Source: a virus. Taken from it: DNA of 64,000 nt. The stretch covers positions 16,341 through 80,340 of the IMG/VR virus record IMGVR_UViG_3300026484_000402, one strand, 5' to 3'. The notes under the pieces were generated by a model that saw only the letters and a program-made list of their open reading frames with translations, was not told the DNA's origin and did not search any database. Within the stretch, counting starts at the first letter, position 1; each line of letters begins with the position of its first letter. This document shows positions 1 through 9,836 of the stretch, in pieces. Made by a program: the position numbers and the translations under genes.

Positions 1-254
1 ATTCTTTTTAAATCTTTTAAAACAAGCTCAGTAACCCCTTTATTGTCATCAGTTACTAATAGATGTTTTTTATTATCGTCTTTAAAACCGCAAAAATAAT
101 TTAAATCTTCCCATTTTTTTAATTTTTCAAACGTCTCTTTTTGTAATTCTTCTTTAATTTTTGATACCTCAAATATATCTTCTTCAGAGATTTTAAATTT
201 TTGTCTATTTTGAAGAAAATTAAATAATTTATTTTTTATATTGATAAGACTCAT
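1..254 (-). CDS. Partial CDS running off the window start; hypothetical, possibly entering a receiver-like domain
   Basis: My translation from ATG at 254 (overlapping the stop of 251-718) is open to position 1: MSLINIKNKLFNFLQ...KKHLLVTDDNKGVTELVLKDLK; the hydrophobic strand followed by DD resembles the start of a REC domain. Confidence 0.6.
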   Translation of the reverse strand, partial: MSLINIKNKLFNFLQNRQKFKISEEDIFEVSKIKEELQKETFEKLKKWEDLNYFCGFKDDNKKHLLVTDDNKGVTELVLKDLKR

Positions 255-718
255 TTTATTCCTTTCACACTTGAAGTAATATCTTTTACTACTTCTGTTG
301 ATTTAACCATTGCTTTTTCGTCTAAATGATAAAAAACCATTAAACCGCCTATAAAAAGCAAGATTCCTAACACTATTGAAAAAATTATTTTAAATGGAGA
401 TTCAATAAAGAAACGATACCACTTCTTTTTAGTGCTAGGTTTAGTTTTGTCATACAATATATAAATATACTCTTGTTGTATATCTATAATACACCATGTC
501 ATTTCAGAAATTGTCAGTTTTAATTTTTTCTGCTCAGTTTCTATTTTAGAAGCCAATGTAATGATAAAATCGCTTATTTCTTCTACGTTTTGAGCTTTAG
601 TTAAATTGTAATAAATTTGTAAGTCGTTATTAGATAATGTGTCGTTATGCAATTCTTTTAGAACGTTTTTCAATTTTTCAATATATTCTTTTAGTTTTTC
701 ATCTTTTACTGAAGACAT
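251..718 (-). CDS. Hypothetical membrane protein with one C-terminal TM helix
   Basis: 155 aa; hydrophobic IIFSIVLGILLFIGGLMVFY; own TATAAT element upstream at about 744-749. Confidence 0.7.
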   Translation of the reverse strand: MSSVKDEKLKEYIEKLKNVLKELHNDTLSNNDLQIYYNLTKAQNVEEISDFIITLASKIETEQKKLKLTISEMTWCIIDIQQEYIYILYDKTKPSTKKKWYRFFIESPFKIIFSIVLGILLFIGGLMVFYHLDEKAMVKSTEVVKDITSSVKGIK

Positions 719-802
719 TGCTGACCTTTGTATTTTTAAATAATTATAATAAATATTTTGAAGTCAGCAAAAAAAAATAAAAAAAAGACGGAAAAAAGGA
801 GA

Positions 803-1225
803 TTAAAAAGGTATCTCACTCTCGTCTATATTGTCTCCGTATTCATTATCGTAGTATTGATAATTTTTATTTTTTTCTTGATTGTTCTTGTTGTTTGCAT
901 TATTGTTCTTTTTTGACAATATTCTAATATCGGAAGCAAGGACATATGTTTTACTTTTATTGTTTCCATCTTTGTCTTTCCAAGTGTCTATTTTTATTTT
1001 TCCTGATAATTCAATTAAATCACCTTTATTTGTATAATTGTTTATAAATTCAGCATTGTTACCCAATAATTTAATTGGGATAAATTCAGTAACTTCTTGA
1101 TATGCCCCTTTTACTTTTTCATTGTCAGATACAGCTATATTTATTTCTAAAATACTAAACCCATTTGGTGTTTTTGTTAGCTCTCTTTTAGAAGATATTC
1201 TTCCAGATAAACATACTTTGTTCAT
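803..1225 (-). CDS. ssb: Single-stranded DNA-binding protein
   Basis: MNKVCLSGR start, KGDLIELSGKI...WKDKDG OB-fold motifs, acidic tail ending ESEIPF. Confidence 0.95.
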   Translation of the reverse strand: MNKVCLSGRISSKRELTKTPNGFSILEINIAVSDNEKVKGAYQEVTEFIPIKLLGNNAEFINNYTNKGDLIELSGKIKIDTWKDKDGNNKSKTYVLASDIRILSKKNNNANNKNNQEKNKNYQYYDNEYGDNIDESEIPF

Positions 1226-1611
1226 TTTTGTTCCTTTATTATTTGTTTTAAGACGTCTTCTTTATCATCTACTATTGAAGACAAGCAAGACCATATGTCG
1301 CTTATTTTTATTAAAGTTTCAGCTATACTTAATTCATCCGTAATTAAAGATACCAGGTTTTTTATAATTTCTGCTTCAGGATTTAAAAATGATGAATGTT
1401 CATTATAAAAAACATCACTTAATAATGCTGGTGAGTGCGCTCCTTTTACAAGAGTTAATTTTATTACGTTTGAAACTAACTCAGCTTCGTCATAGTTTTC
1501 TCCTGCCATTTTTAATGCAGATTCTTTTATAGCTAAAGATACATATAAGTCAAAAGAATTTTGGTCTACATTTGGCTTAATTATTTCAAAAGCATTAATT
1601 AAATTATTCAT
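1222..1611 (-). CDS. Hypothetical protein
   Basis: ORF coupled to both groEL and ssb; start moved to MNNLI at 1611 because GGAGG precedes it. Confidence 0.7.
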   Translation of the reverse strand: MNNLINAFEIIKPNVDQNSFDLYVSLAIKESALKMAGENYDEAELVSNVIKLTLVKGAHSPALLSDVFYNEHSSFLNPEAEIIKNLVSLITDELSIAETLIKISDIWSCLSSIVDDKEDVLKQIIKEQK

Positions 1612-3028
1612 GCCCAACCTCCACATTTACAATATATGAAATATTGTTTAAAAGAATGGCTAATTCAGATGAGGATTTTAACACCTCTTCAATAGTTAAT
1701 GCAGAATCATAAATGTCTTTTGCGTCATCAATATTGTAACCGTTCTTTTCAATTTTATTTTTTATAGCTGAAAAAATTTCAACAAAAGCATTAGGATTGG
1801 ATGTTATATCATTAAGCTTCAAATAACTTTTACCAGCGCCTGGCATTGCGCCGTATATTTTTGATTTGTAATATGAATGAAGAGCATCGTCAACTCTGTC
1901 TCTTATCTCTTTTGCTTTGTTCTCTATTGACGTACCTATTATTATTTTCACAACTTCTCTTTCAAGTATTGCCAATATGGCTCTATATTTCGCAGCTTCA
2001 TAATCATCTTTTGAATCACGTAACATAGCTTTGTATTTTTCTATTAGTTTAAAATCTTTTTCTCCTTCAATGTTCTCAACAGTTAAATAATTGTTATGAA
2101 AAAAAGCATTTTTAGGCGGTGTAAAGCCGTCAATATCAACATCTGACAAATATGCTCCATAATCAATTCCACTAATAGGAGCATTCAAAGAAGAAGATAT
2201 TATTTTTATAATATCAACGTTTTTCATAACTTCATCTCCACCTACAACAATAGGTAATATATTCATTACGCCTTGGAGGTGATTTATGGATAAAACACCT
2301 ATTGCATCATCACTAAACCCGTTTGCTATGATAATAAGATTTTTATATCCGTACTCTCTGGCTTTTTCCAGTAGTTCAACACACTCCCTTTCTGTTTCCA
2401 CTGTTCCAGCATTACAAACTATCAGAGGCGAAGGCATTTTAATTTTATTTTGATTTTCAAATACTTCTGCAGCCGTCTTGCACCTTATTAATACACCGTT
2501 TATTATTTCCACTTTTGATTTTGAGTTAAGTTTTGTTTCAACAACTATATTATCAGATGTTGACAATTCTAGAGCTGAATTAATTAAGTCTGCCAAATTT
2601 TTATCTCCTGATACGGCAGTAAGCACTATTTTGTCTTTTATTTTATCTATATTTTTTATTTTTATTTGATTAATTTTTTCAACCATTTCTTCTATCTTTG
2701 AAGAAAGTTGCTCCTCTGTAATTTGATTGCTTTTTAATGCGTTTAGCATTTTTTCAGCCAATACGATTGTTGATGTTGTGCCGTCACCGGCTTTCCTTAA
2801 TACAGACTCAGAGGCTTCTTTTATAACCGTTACTATGTTGTTTACATATGGGTTGTTGCTTCTTATAAGTCTTAAACATGAAACACCGTCTTTTGTTGTG
2901 TGAACATTGTGCTCATTTCCTATTACAACATATTTTCCTGCCGGTCCTAAAGTTTCAGAAACAAATCCGCTTACGTCTGATAATATCTTTTCTATCGCAG
3001 TAGGTTTTGCGAAATTGTACATTTCCAT
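1604..3028 (-). CDS. groEL: Phage GroEL-like chaperonin (Cpn60), divergent, 474 aa
   Basis: TLGPAG, TKDGVS, AGDGTTST, DRVDDALH and GAMPGAG match Cpn60 motifs; no GGM tail. Confidence 0.92.
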   Translation of the reverse strand: MEMYNFAKPTAIEKILSDVSGFVSETLGPAGKYVVIGNEHNVHTTKDGVSCLRLIRSNNPYVNNIVTVIKEASESVLRKAGDGTTSTIVLAEKMLNALKSNQITEEQLSSKIEEMVEKINQIKIKNIDKIKDKIVLTAVSGDKNLADLINSALELSTSDNIVVETKLNSKSKVEIINGVLIRCKTAAEVFENQNKIKMPSPLIVCNAGTVETERECVELLEKAREYGYKNLIIIANGFSDDAIGVLSINHLQGVMNILPIVVGGDEVMKNVDIIKIISSSLNAPISGIDYGAYLSDVDIDGFTPPKNAFFHNNYLTVENIEGEKDFKLIEKYKAMLRDSKDDYEAAKYRAILAILEREVVKIIIGTSIENKAKEIRDRVDDALHSYYKSKIYGAMPGAGKSYLKLNDITSNPNAFVEIFSAIKNKIEKNGYNIDDAKDIYDSALTIEEVLKSSSELAILLNNISYIVNVEVGHE

Positions 3029-4512
3029 TAAATACTCCTTATTTGATTTATAAGCGTTTTTTTGTCTGAATACGACATTGAAGATTGTTTAATTTGATTG
3101 ATTTTTTTTAATTTTAAGCTTTCAATTACGCCTTCATACATTTCATCAAATTCTTCGTCTCCTATTATGTCGCATTCTAATTTTTTAATCATTTTTTCGT
3201 TTATATCCATACCCGTTAATGTTGATAATTTTTCTATCTCTTTTTTAAGACCATTTATAAGACAATATTTTATAACCATACATTCTTCAATAGTGATGTT
3301 TGATGGTTTTTGTTGCTTAAAAATAGACACATCTCCATTTGTTTTTGCGATATATCTTTCAATTATCTCTTCTTGTATAGGGTATGGGTATTTATCTATT
3401 GTAGATTTTAGCTCATCCAATCCTTTTATTTTTTTCTCCGTATTACCACTGATTAAATACTCAACAACAAATGCCGTTCCTGACATATTGTTTTTTATTC
3501 TTCTTAAAAACTCATTAATCCCATATTGAGAAACTATATCTGCAGGGTCGTTATCTTTTAAAAAAGTTACTTTTGGTATTACTCCGTTTTGCAGCATTAT
3601 ATTTGTTGCTTTATACGCAGCATTATATCCAGCTTTATCACCATCATAGCAAATCAATATCTTTTTGTCTTTTATATGATTTAACTGCATCTTTGTAAAT
3701 GCAGTACCCTGGCTTGCTACAGCTATATCAAAACCGGCTTGATGTAAGAGTATTACATCTATTTGCCCTTCTACTAAAACAATTTTTTTTCTTTTTTTAT
3801 CTACGAAATTTAACCCATATAAAATATTTCTTTTTTTAAAATATTCACTTTCCGGAGAATTTACGTATTTTGACTTACTTTTACCTGTAATATCTCTCCC
3901 TGAAAAACCAACTATAGTTCCAAACTTGTTAAAAATAGGAAACATTAACCTGTTATAAAACTTAGGATAATACTCATTTTTTTCTTTATCATATCCAAGA
4001 ATTTTTAGTTTTAAATACTCTTTTACATATGAGGTATTGAGCATAAAGTTTAATACATCTTTATATGCTGGAGCATATCCTATTCCAAATTTTTCGATAC
4101 TACTATCGTTTATCCCTCTCGAGTATATATATTGCTTTATTCTTTCATTTAAATTCTTTTTAAAGAAATACTGAAGCGTGTCGATAGCATTTGAGTAAAA
4201 CATCTCGTCTTCATCAGAATCTTCATATTCCACCTCTACTTTTAATATATCAGCACCCCTTTTAACTGCATCAGGAAAAGTTAAACTTTCATATTCCATA
4301 ATGAAGCTTATAGGCCCCTTACCTCCTTTTCCGCTTGAAAAATCTTTCCAAATACCTTTACTTGGTGAAACAGTAAAAGAGGGTGTTTTTTCTGAATTAA
4401 ACGGAGAAAAGCCAACATATAGGCTCCCCCTTTTTTTTAAATCTACATAACTACTTATTATCTCCACCAGGTATTGATTCACTGTTTCTATTGTTGTTTG
4501 TTTTATTTTCAT
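3028..4512 (-). CDS. dnaG: DnaG-type DNA primase
   Basis: SPFNSEKTPSF N-terminal domain, FYNRLMFPI, GFSGR, KYVNSPES, TOPRIM LVEGQID and YDGDKAG, DPAD. Confidence 0.95.
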   Translation of the reverse strand: MKIKQTTIETVNQYLVEIISSYVDLKKRGSLYVGFSPFNSEKTPSFTVSPSKGIWKDFSSGKGGKGPISFIMEYESLTFPDAVKRGADILKVEVEYEDSDEDEMFYSNAIDTLQYFFKKNLNERIKQYIYSRGINDSSIEKFGIGYAPAYKDVLNFMLNTSYVKEYLKLKILGYDKEKNEYYPKFYNRLMFPIFNKFGTIVGFSGRDITGKSKSKYVNSPESEYFKKRNILYGLNFVDKKRKKIVLVEGQIDVILLHQAGFDIAVASQGTAFTKMQLNHIKDKKILICYDGDKAGYNAAYKATNIMLQNGVIPKVTFLKDNDPADIVSQYGINEFLRRIKNNMSGTAFVVEYLISGNTEKKIKGLDELKSTIDKYPYPIQEEIIERYIAKTNGDVSIFKQQKPSNITIEECMVIKYCLINGLKKEIEKLSTLTGMDINEKMIKKLECDIIGDEEFDEMYEGVIESLKLKKINQIKQSSMSYSDKKTLINQIRSI

Positions 4513-4957
4513 CCCTCACTCCAATTGTTTTGTTAGCTAGAGAAATCTCAAGGTCTTTAATTATTGATTTTATTATTTCTTCAGCTTTTGTGTTATCGTT
4601 TTTTGCAGTAGCTTTTATAATTATAGACAATATAAATGCTATATCTGAATTGTCCAGTTCTTTATTTATTTTAAATTGTCCGTTTTCTTCTTTGATTATT
4701 TCTAGACCATCTATCTTATTTATCTTTTCTTCGTTGGAAATTTTTGTTTCCAAAAAGTTTTTAAAGATATTTAAAAAGTCTTTATACTCTTTATCTATTG
4801 AAACAATTAAAGGCTCTGCGCTTCTTAGAGATTTTTCAAGACCATTTATTAAACAATTGTTCACAAATACGCTTACAAAAAGTACATAAGCTTCATTTAA
4901 ACCTAAATCCCCGTTTACTCTTATACCTTGTTTTTCTTTTATCATTGTTAATTTCAT
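4451..4957 (-). CDS. Hypothetical protein
   Basis: 168 aa ORF with AAGGAG RBS inside the replication operon. Confidence 0.7.
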   Translation of the reverse strand: MKLTMIKEKQGIRVNGDLGLNEAYVLFVSVFVNNCLINGLEKSLRSAEPLIVSIDKEYKDFLNIFKNFLETKISNEEKINKIDGLEIIKEENGQFKINKELDNSDIAFILSIIIKATAKNDNTKAEEIIKSIIKDLEISLANKTIGVRDENKTNNNRNSESIPGGDNK

Positions 4958-4976
4958 TTGCTCTCCTTATATTTAA

Positions 4977-5099
4977 TTAATTTTTATGACCACCATGGAT
5001 AATCCACAATATGCATCCCCATATAAATGCAAAAACATATTCTACACCAAAGAAAATAAACCTAATTATAGCAAGAAGAATACCAAATGCAGCACCCAT
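4977..5099 (-). CDS. Small membrane protein, 40 aa (not in ORF track)
   Basis: MGAAFGILLAIIRFIFFGVEYVFAFIWGCILWIIHGGHKN; TAATG coupling to the upstream stop; fills the intergenic gap. Confidence 0.65.
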   Translation of the reverse strand: MGAAFGILLAIIRFIFFGVEYVFAFIWGCILWIIHGGHKN

Positions 5100-5551
5100 T
5101 ATTCGTCCTTTTTGTGATATTTTTTCTTCATTGGAGGATTTTTCTTAGTTATTTTGTCTAAAAATCTCTGCATTGCTTCTTCATCCATTAACGCAGCCCA
5201 TTTTTCAAATTTCTTAACATCAAGCAATAGCGTTTGTTGTCCTTTTTTTATTTCATCAGCCATTACTATGATGCTATTTTTTAGCCCCTCTATAATGTCA
5301 GAAGCCAGTTCTTCAAACGTTAAGATTTCATCTACATCAGATGATGTTAACTCATTTGCTTTTACGTATTTTAAATACGAAACAGTATTTTTAGATTTGA
5401 TAAGCGAAGCTAATGTTTTAATAAGCTCCATATTCAATTCTTGTTTAGGTAGGAATGTAGAAGCAATTGATATTTTATCTTTTAAGTCATCAATTGCCTC
5501 TTTCAAAGATTTGTTTTCATCCAAAATTTGTTCCATTTCCTTTTTAAGCAT
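5099..5551 (-). CDS. Hypothetical coiled-coil protein
   Basis: 150 aa; AAGGA RBS and TGgTATAAT upstream. Confidence 0.7.
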   Translation of the reverse strand: MLKKEMEQILDENKSLKEAIDDLKDKISIASTFLPKQELNMELIKTLASLIKSKNTVSYLKYVKANELTSSDVDEILTFEELASDIIEGLKNSIIVMADEIKKGQQTLLLDVKKFEKWAALMDEEAMQRFLDKITKKNPPMKKKYHKKDE

Positions 5552-5581
5552 CGTTCATCCTTTTTTATAATTATACCAATA

Positions 5582-5839
5582 TTATCGATTATTCAGTAGT
5601 TCTATTGTCTTGTCTAAAGAACCACTTTTAATATCTGACACAATTCTAACCAATATCTCTTTTTTGTTATTGGTAAAAGATATTGGTTCTATGATATGCC
5701 CCTTATATTTAAATTTTATAGATGTAAATGTTTCATATTCGCAAACAGACAAAGCTTCAATGTCTTTTGCCCTGGATTGCTTTTTAATCCAATCTTCAAT
5801 TTCTTTTTTCTTTTCATCTGTCAATTTTTTTTCAGTCAT
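5582..5839 (-). CDS. Hypothetical protein
   Basis: 85 aa, overlapping the upstream gene, GAGG RBS. Confidence 0.65.
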   Translation of the reverse strand: MTEKKLTDEKKKEIEDWIKKQSRAKDIEALSVCEYETFTSIKFKYKGHIIEPISFTNNKKEILVRIVSDIKSGSLDKTIELLNNR

Positions 5840-6503
5840 CGATTACCTCGATTCCACCATTTTTTATTAAAGATTCTACATCTTTTTTTGGTAAATCAAC
5901 TTTTACCAGAGAATTGTTTCCTTTTATAGCGAATAAAGTATTATCGCTAAACAAATATCCGTTCCATACATTACCTTGTTTATCCTTAACTCTCACAAGA
6001 GAGGGAGCATAATCTTCGTATACTTCCTGACTTATAAAAGTTTTTAAATGTTTCATATAAGTAGTGTCACCTATATCTTCACGATATAAATCAATGATGT
6101 GCATTGCTATTTCAGGTCTTATTTTAGATAACTTTGATTTTTTCCATTTCTCAAAAGCATCTTTTTTGGAACCCGGATTGTGTTTTTCTCTATTGTAATG
6201 TTTCCATATCTTTTCAAAAGGTTCAGGATATTTGTTTTTAAGACTTGGTACTTCTACACCATTAATGTCTTCAATGCTTATTTTGGTAAGATGAATTTTC
6301 CCATTTCCTTTTACTTCTATAATGTTTGTTTCTTTTAATTCAGAGAAAACCTTTTTTTTTCTTGAATCGCTCCAAAAAAACACATCAATATCGTTTATTG
6401 TAGGAAATTCTTTTTCAGATTCTACTATTTTCTGATACAAAACCGCACATTCTACCCCTATCTTTTTAGCTAAAAGCCCATCAAAAACAACAGGTTTTTT
6501 CAT
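5832..6503 (-). CDS. Phage replication initiator / replisome organizer-like protein
   Basis: FEKIWKHY..KKDAFEKWKK..YMKHLKTFISQEVYEDY pattern typical of phage initiator C-terminal domains; adjacent to dnaB. Confidence 0.65.
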   Translation of the reverse strand: MKKPVVFDGLLAKKIGVECAVLYQKIVESEKEFPTINDIDVFFWSDSRKKKVFSELKETNIIEVKGNGKIHLTKISIEDINGVEVPSLKNKYPEPFEKIWKHYNREKHNPGSKKDAFEKWKKSKLSKIRPEIAMHIIDLYREDIGDTTYMKHLKTFISQEVYEDYAPSLVRVKDKQGNVWNGYLFSDNTLFAIKGNNSLVKVDLPKKDVESLIKNGGIEVIDD

Positions 6504-6513
6504 TCTTCACTCC

Positions 6514-7842
6514 TTATACTTCTGGTATAGCGTCTAAATCTATACTACTCATATCTATAGAAGGTGACATTTCTACAACTTGAGCAGCTTCATCGTCCCC
6601 AACCCTTACGTATTTACCGTTAAACCAAGTTTCACATACTCCAGTAGACCCGTCTCTTTGTTTTAAAATAATAAGTTCCATTTTTGATGGATTAGGCTCT
6701 TCTTTTTCTTTACCATCTTTGACAAGATAATAAGCTTCTCTGTATAGACCTATAATAGTATCTGCATCTTCTTCTATACTACCAGATTCTCTTAGGTCCG
6801 ATAATGTAGGTCTTCTGTTTGGTCTATTTTCTATAGACCTGTTTAGCTGTGACAGCAACCATATTTTAGCACCGGTTGTTTTTGCCACTTTTTTTAATTT
6901 TTTCGTTATATATCCAACTTTGTGATGTGTGCTAGAAAAATCTTCATCAACCGTTATCCAACCTAAATGGTCGATGAAAAAATCCTCGATTTCAGGGTTA
7001 GACATTCTTATTTTTGTAATCATATTGCAAATACTTGTTATGTTATTGACGCTGTCAATTACATTGAACCATCTATCGAGCGATATTAACTTTTTCTTTG
7101 CTTCAAGATATTTGTTATAATCGCTCAATCTCCCTTTTATAATTTCATTTATGGGAATTTCCCCAACATTTGATAATGCTCTGGCAGTAATTTTTTCTTC
7201 AGGCATTTCAAGAGAAAATATCACACTCCCTTTTTTTAACTTCGCCTTATTTAAAGCTACCGAGACAATAAAGCCTGTTTTACCCATAGATGGTCTAGCA
7301 CCAACAACAATTAAATCCCCAGGAGATGTTACAAGCCTATTATCTAAAGATGGTATTCCAGTTACGCTTACATTGTTTTTTATTTCTTCCATCTGTTTTT
7401 CTAATTTTTCTATTTGTTGCTCAACTGTATTTATAGTAACATCTTCAGATGGAATTTCAACGTTTGATAATTCAGAATTGATGTCTATTTTTTCGCCATT
7501 TTTTATTTTTTCTAGCATTAAAGAAAGTTTGGCGGTCAACTGTCTATTATAATATGCCTCTTGAATATTTTTTAAATGTATAGGCATTGTTTTATCTGTT
7601 GCTACTACACCAAGTAAAACATCCTGAACTTCTGTGTTGTTATCGGGAAAGAAAGACATTATTATGTCGTCACTAATGTCTTCTTTCCTAAAAAACAAAT
7701 CAAATATAATGTCATATATTTGTTGATGTATAGTTAAGAAAAAATGTTTTTTATTAATGTCGGCTATATATTTTTCTCTTAACTTTTCTACTTTTATTAA
7801 TGTGGAAAGTATTATTTTCTCTGAAGGTATATTGCTCAACAT
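6514..7842 (-). CDS. dnaB: Replicative DnaB helicase
   Basis: GARPSMGKT Walker A, FSLEM, LSQLNR, RPTLSDLRESGSIEEDAD, KQRDG. Confidence 0.97.
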   Translation of the reverse strand: MLSNIPSEKIILSTLIKVEKLREKYIADINKKHFFLTIHQQIYDIIFDLFFRKEDISDDIIMSFFPDNNTEVQDVLLGVVATDKTMPIHLKNIQEAYYNRQLTAKLSLMLEKIKNGEKIDINSELSNVEIPSEDVTINTVEQQIEKLEKQMEEIKNNVSVTGIPSLDNRLVTSPGDLIVVGARPSMGKTGFIVSVALNKAKLKKGSVIFSLEMPEEKITARALSNVGEIPINEIIKGRLSDYNKYLEAKKKLISLDRWFNVIDSVNNITSICNMITKIRMSNPEIEDFFIDHLGWITVDEDFSSTHHKVGYITKKLKKVAKTTGAKIWLLSQLNRSIENRPNRRPTLSDLRESGSIEEDADTIIGLYREAYYLVKDGKEKEEPNPSKMELIILKQRDGSTGVCETWFNGKYVRVGDDEAAQVVEMSPSIDMSSIDLDAIPEV

Positions 7843-7858
7843 TTACATCTCCTTCTGT

Positions 7859-8854
7859 TTACCCTTCGAACCCAACCTCTTCTTCAATATTGTATTTATA
7901 CCAATTAGGTAAAGATATAACTTGAAAAGGTGTTTTCTTTTTGTCTTCGAAATTCATTTCATAACCAAACCAGTCACCAGTTTCAGTACAGTATGAATAC
8001 TGTTCTAAAACCTTTTTGGCAATTTTGTCGGTATAGTATGTGATATCTTCGGGAGATATAACCAGTCCGTTAACAAGATAAGGCCTTGTTTTTTCAACCG
8101 CAACAAAGCCAAACATTTTTTTAGCATCTCCTCCTAACTCACATATTCTTAAATACAGCCAGTTTTGCAAATCGTATCCGAATTTTGCACTTGTTGCTGA
8201 GAAGTCGCTTGCGTTAGCTGAAGTTGTTGTTTTTAAATCAAGTACTTTATCGTTAGTGTCAGCATCCACTTTAACTCTCAATACGCATTTGTATTCATCG
8301 TCCCACACAAACATTGCTCTCTCATTGTGTCCGCTTCTTAATAATTGTAAGAAGTTGTAGTGATTTTTTAATGATTCCGCCATCCCTTCAATATCTTTAA
8401 ACACTGTATCTTTTATTAATTCTTTTCCTTTTGCGTCTTCAGCATATTTTTTATAAGCAGCACTGTTTTTTCTAACTTCTCCAGGATATACAAAATACTC
8501 ATTATAAAAGTCATTAGGTTCTAGCACGTATTTGTGAAATGCCCTACCAAAAACAAGAGCATCTCTGTTTTGCTTTTCTGGATAATCTTTTAAGGCTCTA
8601 TATTTTGCCGGTGTGTTGTGATAAATTGACTTCATCCCTGATGAACTTAAACCAGGAGTCAATGGATTATGATATAAATAGTCTTCTAGTTTTATCCATT
8701 CACCAAGAGGTATTCCAAGCACTTCAAGCTGTTCTTTTTCGTCCATTAAGTCCCATTCAATAGGGTCTATTCCAAGCAATTCCAACATTGAATCTTTGTC
8801 ATTATTTTGGTATACTTCATCAAACGTTAATTCCATAAATTTTTTAGTAGCCAT
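7859..8854 (-). CDS. RecE-like (exonuclease VIII / DUF3799) PD-(D/E)XK exonuclease
   Basis: GLSSSGMK..TPAKY, ALVFGRAFHKYVLEP, KVDAD..DLKTT, YDLQ..Y; adjacent to recT. Confidence 0.88.
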   Translation of the reverse strand: MATKKFMELTFDEVYQNNDKDSMLELLGIDPIEWDLMDEKEQLEVLGIPLGEWIKLEDYLYHNPLTPGLSSSGMKSIYHNTPAKYRALKDYPEKQNRDALVFGRAFHKYVLEPNDFYNEYFVYPGEVRKNSAAYKKYAEDAKGKELIKDTVFKDIEGMAESLKNHYNFLQLLRSGHNERAMFVWDDEYKCVLRVKVDADTNDKVLDLKTTTSANASDFSATSAKFGYDLQNWLYLRICELGGDAKKMFGFVAVEKTRPYLVNGLVISPEDITYYTDKIAKKVLEQYSYCTETGDWFGYEMNFEDKKKTPFQVISLPNWYKYNIEEEVGFEG

Positions 8855-8868
8855 TTCTCTCTCCTTAA

Positions 8869-9816
8869 TTATTTATTTTCAACCGGTTCATAAACAATAT
8901 CTTCTTCTTCACTTATTTCATATTCAACAATAGATTGCGCTTTCCCAACCAAATGGTCCGGCAATTTGGCTGTTGTTGTTAATTTTAATTTATCTATAAG
9001 TTCCTCAGGGATGTCTTTCTTGGATACTTTTACATATCCCTTTTTCAGTTCATATTCAACTCCCATATCATCCAAAGCCATCTGTAAGGTAACTTTTTTT
9101 TCGACTTCTTGATTTAATTCTTCTATAGCCTCATAAGTGCTGTCTACTTTTTCACTTTTTTCAATTTCATCAATTGTTGCATAATTTTCATTGTCTATCT
9201 CTGTAGCGTATCTTAATGATTCTGGGACAGGAATCATTTTAACCAATCTTTTTAACGGGACTTTTTTCGCTACTTCATCAAACCAAGTATCCCATACAGT
9301 ATGTTTTCCTTTTGATTTGATTTTAGCTGCTTTCCGAGCCTCATTTAATTCATTTAAATTAGCAGTAGCAATTACAACTTCTCCGCTTGGTAAAACGCCT
9401 CTTGCATAGGCACCTATAACCCTATTGTCAGTATTAAATGGATTAACAGTATGTTTTATTTCAGTTTTTCCATTGTCAATATTTATTTGAAAGTTTTCAC
9501 CCTCTCTTACTACATATGCATCCACTAATTTAAAAACCCCATATTCAATAAGTTTTTTGGGCCAAAATGTATATTTTTGTTCAATTTTAATTGTTCCATT
9601 GTACACTATAATATAAATATCATCTACAGCTGACAATTCTGGGTCTGCTGTGATAATTTTAAGTATAGTATTTAAAACAGCTTCTTTAGGTGGAATTTCT
9701 TTTTGATAGATTTTATTTAACAGTAATGAAAGTTTGTTTTTTTTTAAAGCATCAACTTTTAAATCAAGTTCTTTTACTATTTCTTCTACAGTTAATTTAT
9801 TATTTCTTGCAGCCAT
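8869..9816 (-). CDS. recT: RecT-family single-strand annealing protein
   Basis: VVREGENF, HTVNPF..VIGAYA, WDTWFDEVAKKVPLKRLVKMIP. Confidence 0.85.
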   Translation of the reverse strand: MAARNNKLTVEEIVKELDLKVDALKKNKLSLLLNKIYQKEIPPKEAVLNTILKIITADPELSAVDDIYIIVYNGTIKIEQKYTFWPKKLIEYGVFKLVDAYVVREGENFQINIDNGKTEIKHTVNPFNTDNRVIGAYARGVLPSGEVVIATANLNELNEARKAAKIKSKGKHTVWDTWFDEVAKKVPLKRLVKMIPVPESLRYATEIDNENYATIDEIEKSEKVDSTYEAIEELNQEVEKKVTLQMALDDMGVEYELKKGYVKVSKKDIPEELIDKLKLTTTAKLPDHLVGKAQSIVEYEISEEEDIVYEPVENK

Positions 9817-9836
9817 TTCTTTCTCCTTGTGTTTTT

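Noticed and set aside
5832-6503. Iteron-type origin inside the initiator-like gene
   Set aside because: No direct repeats were evident by eye
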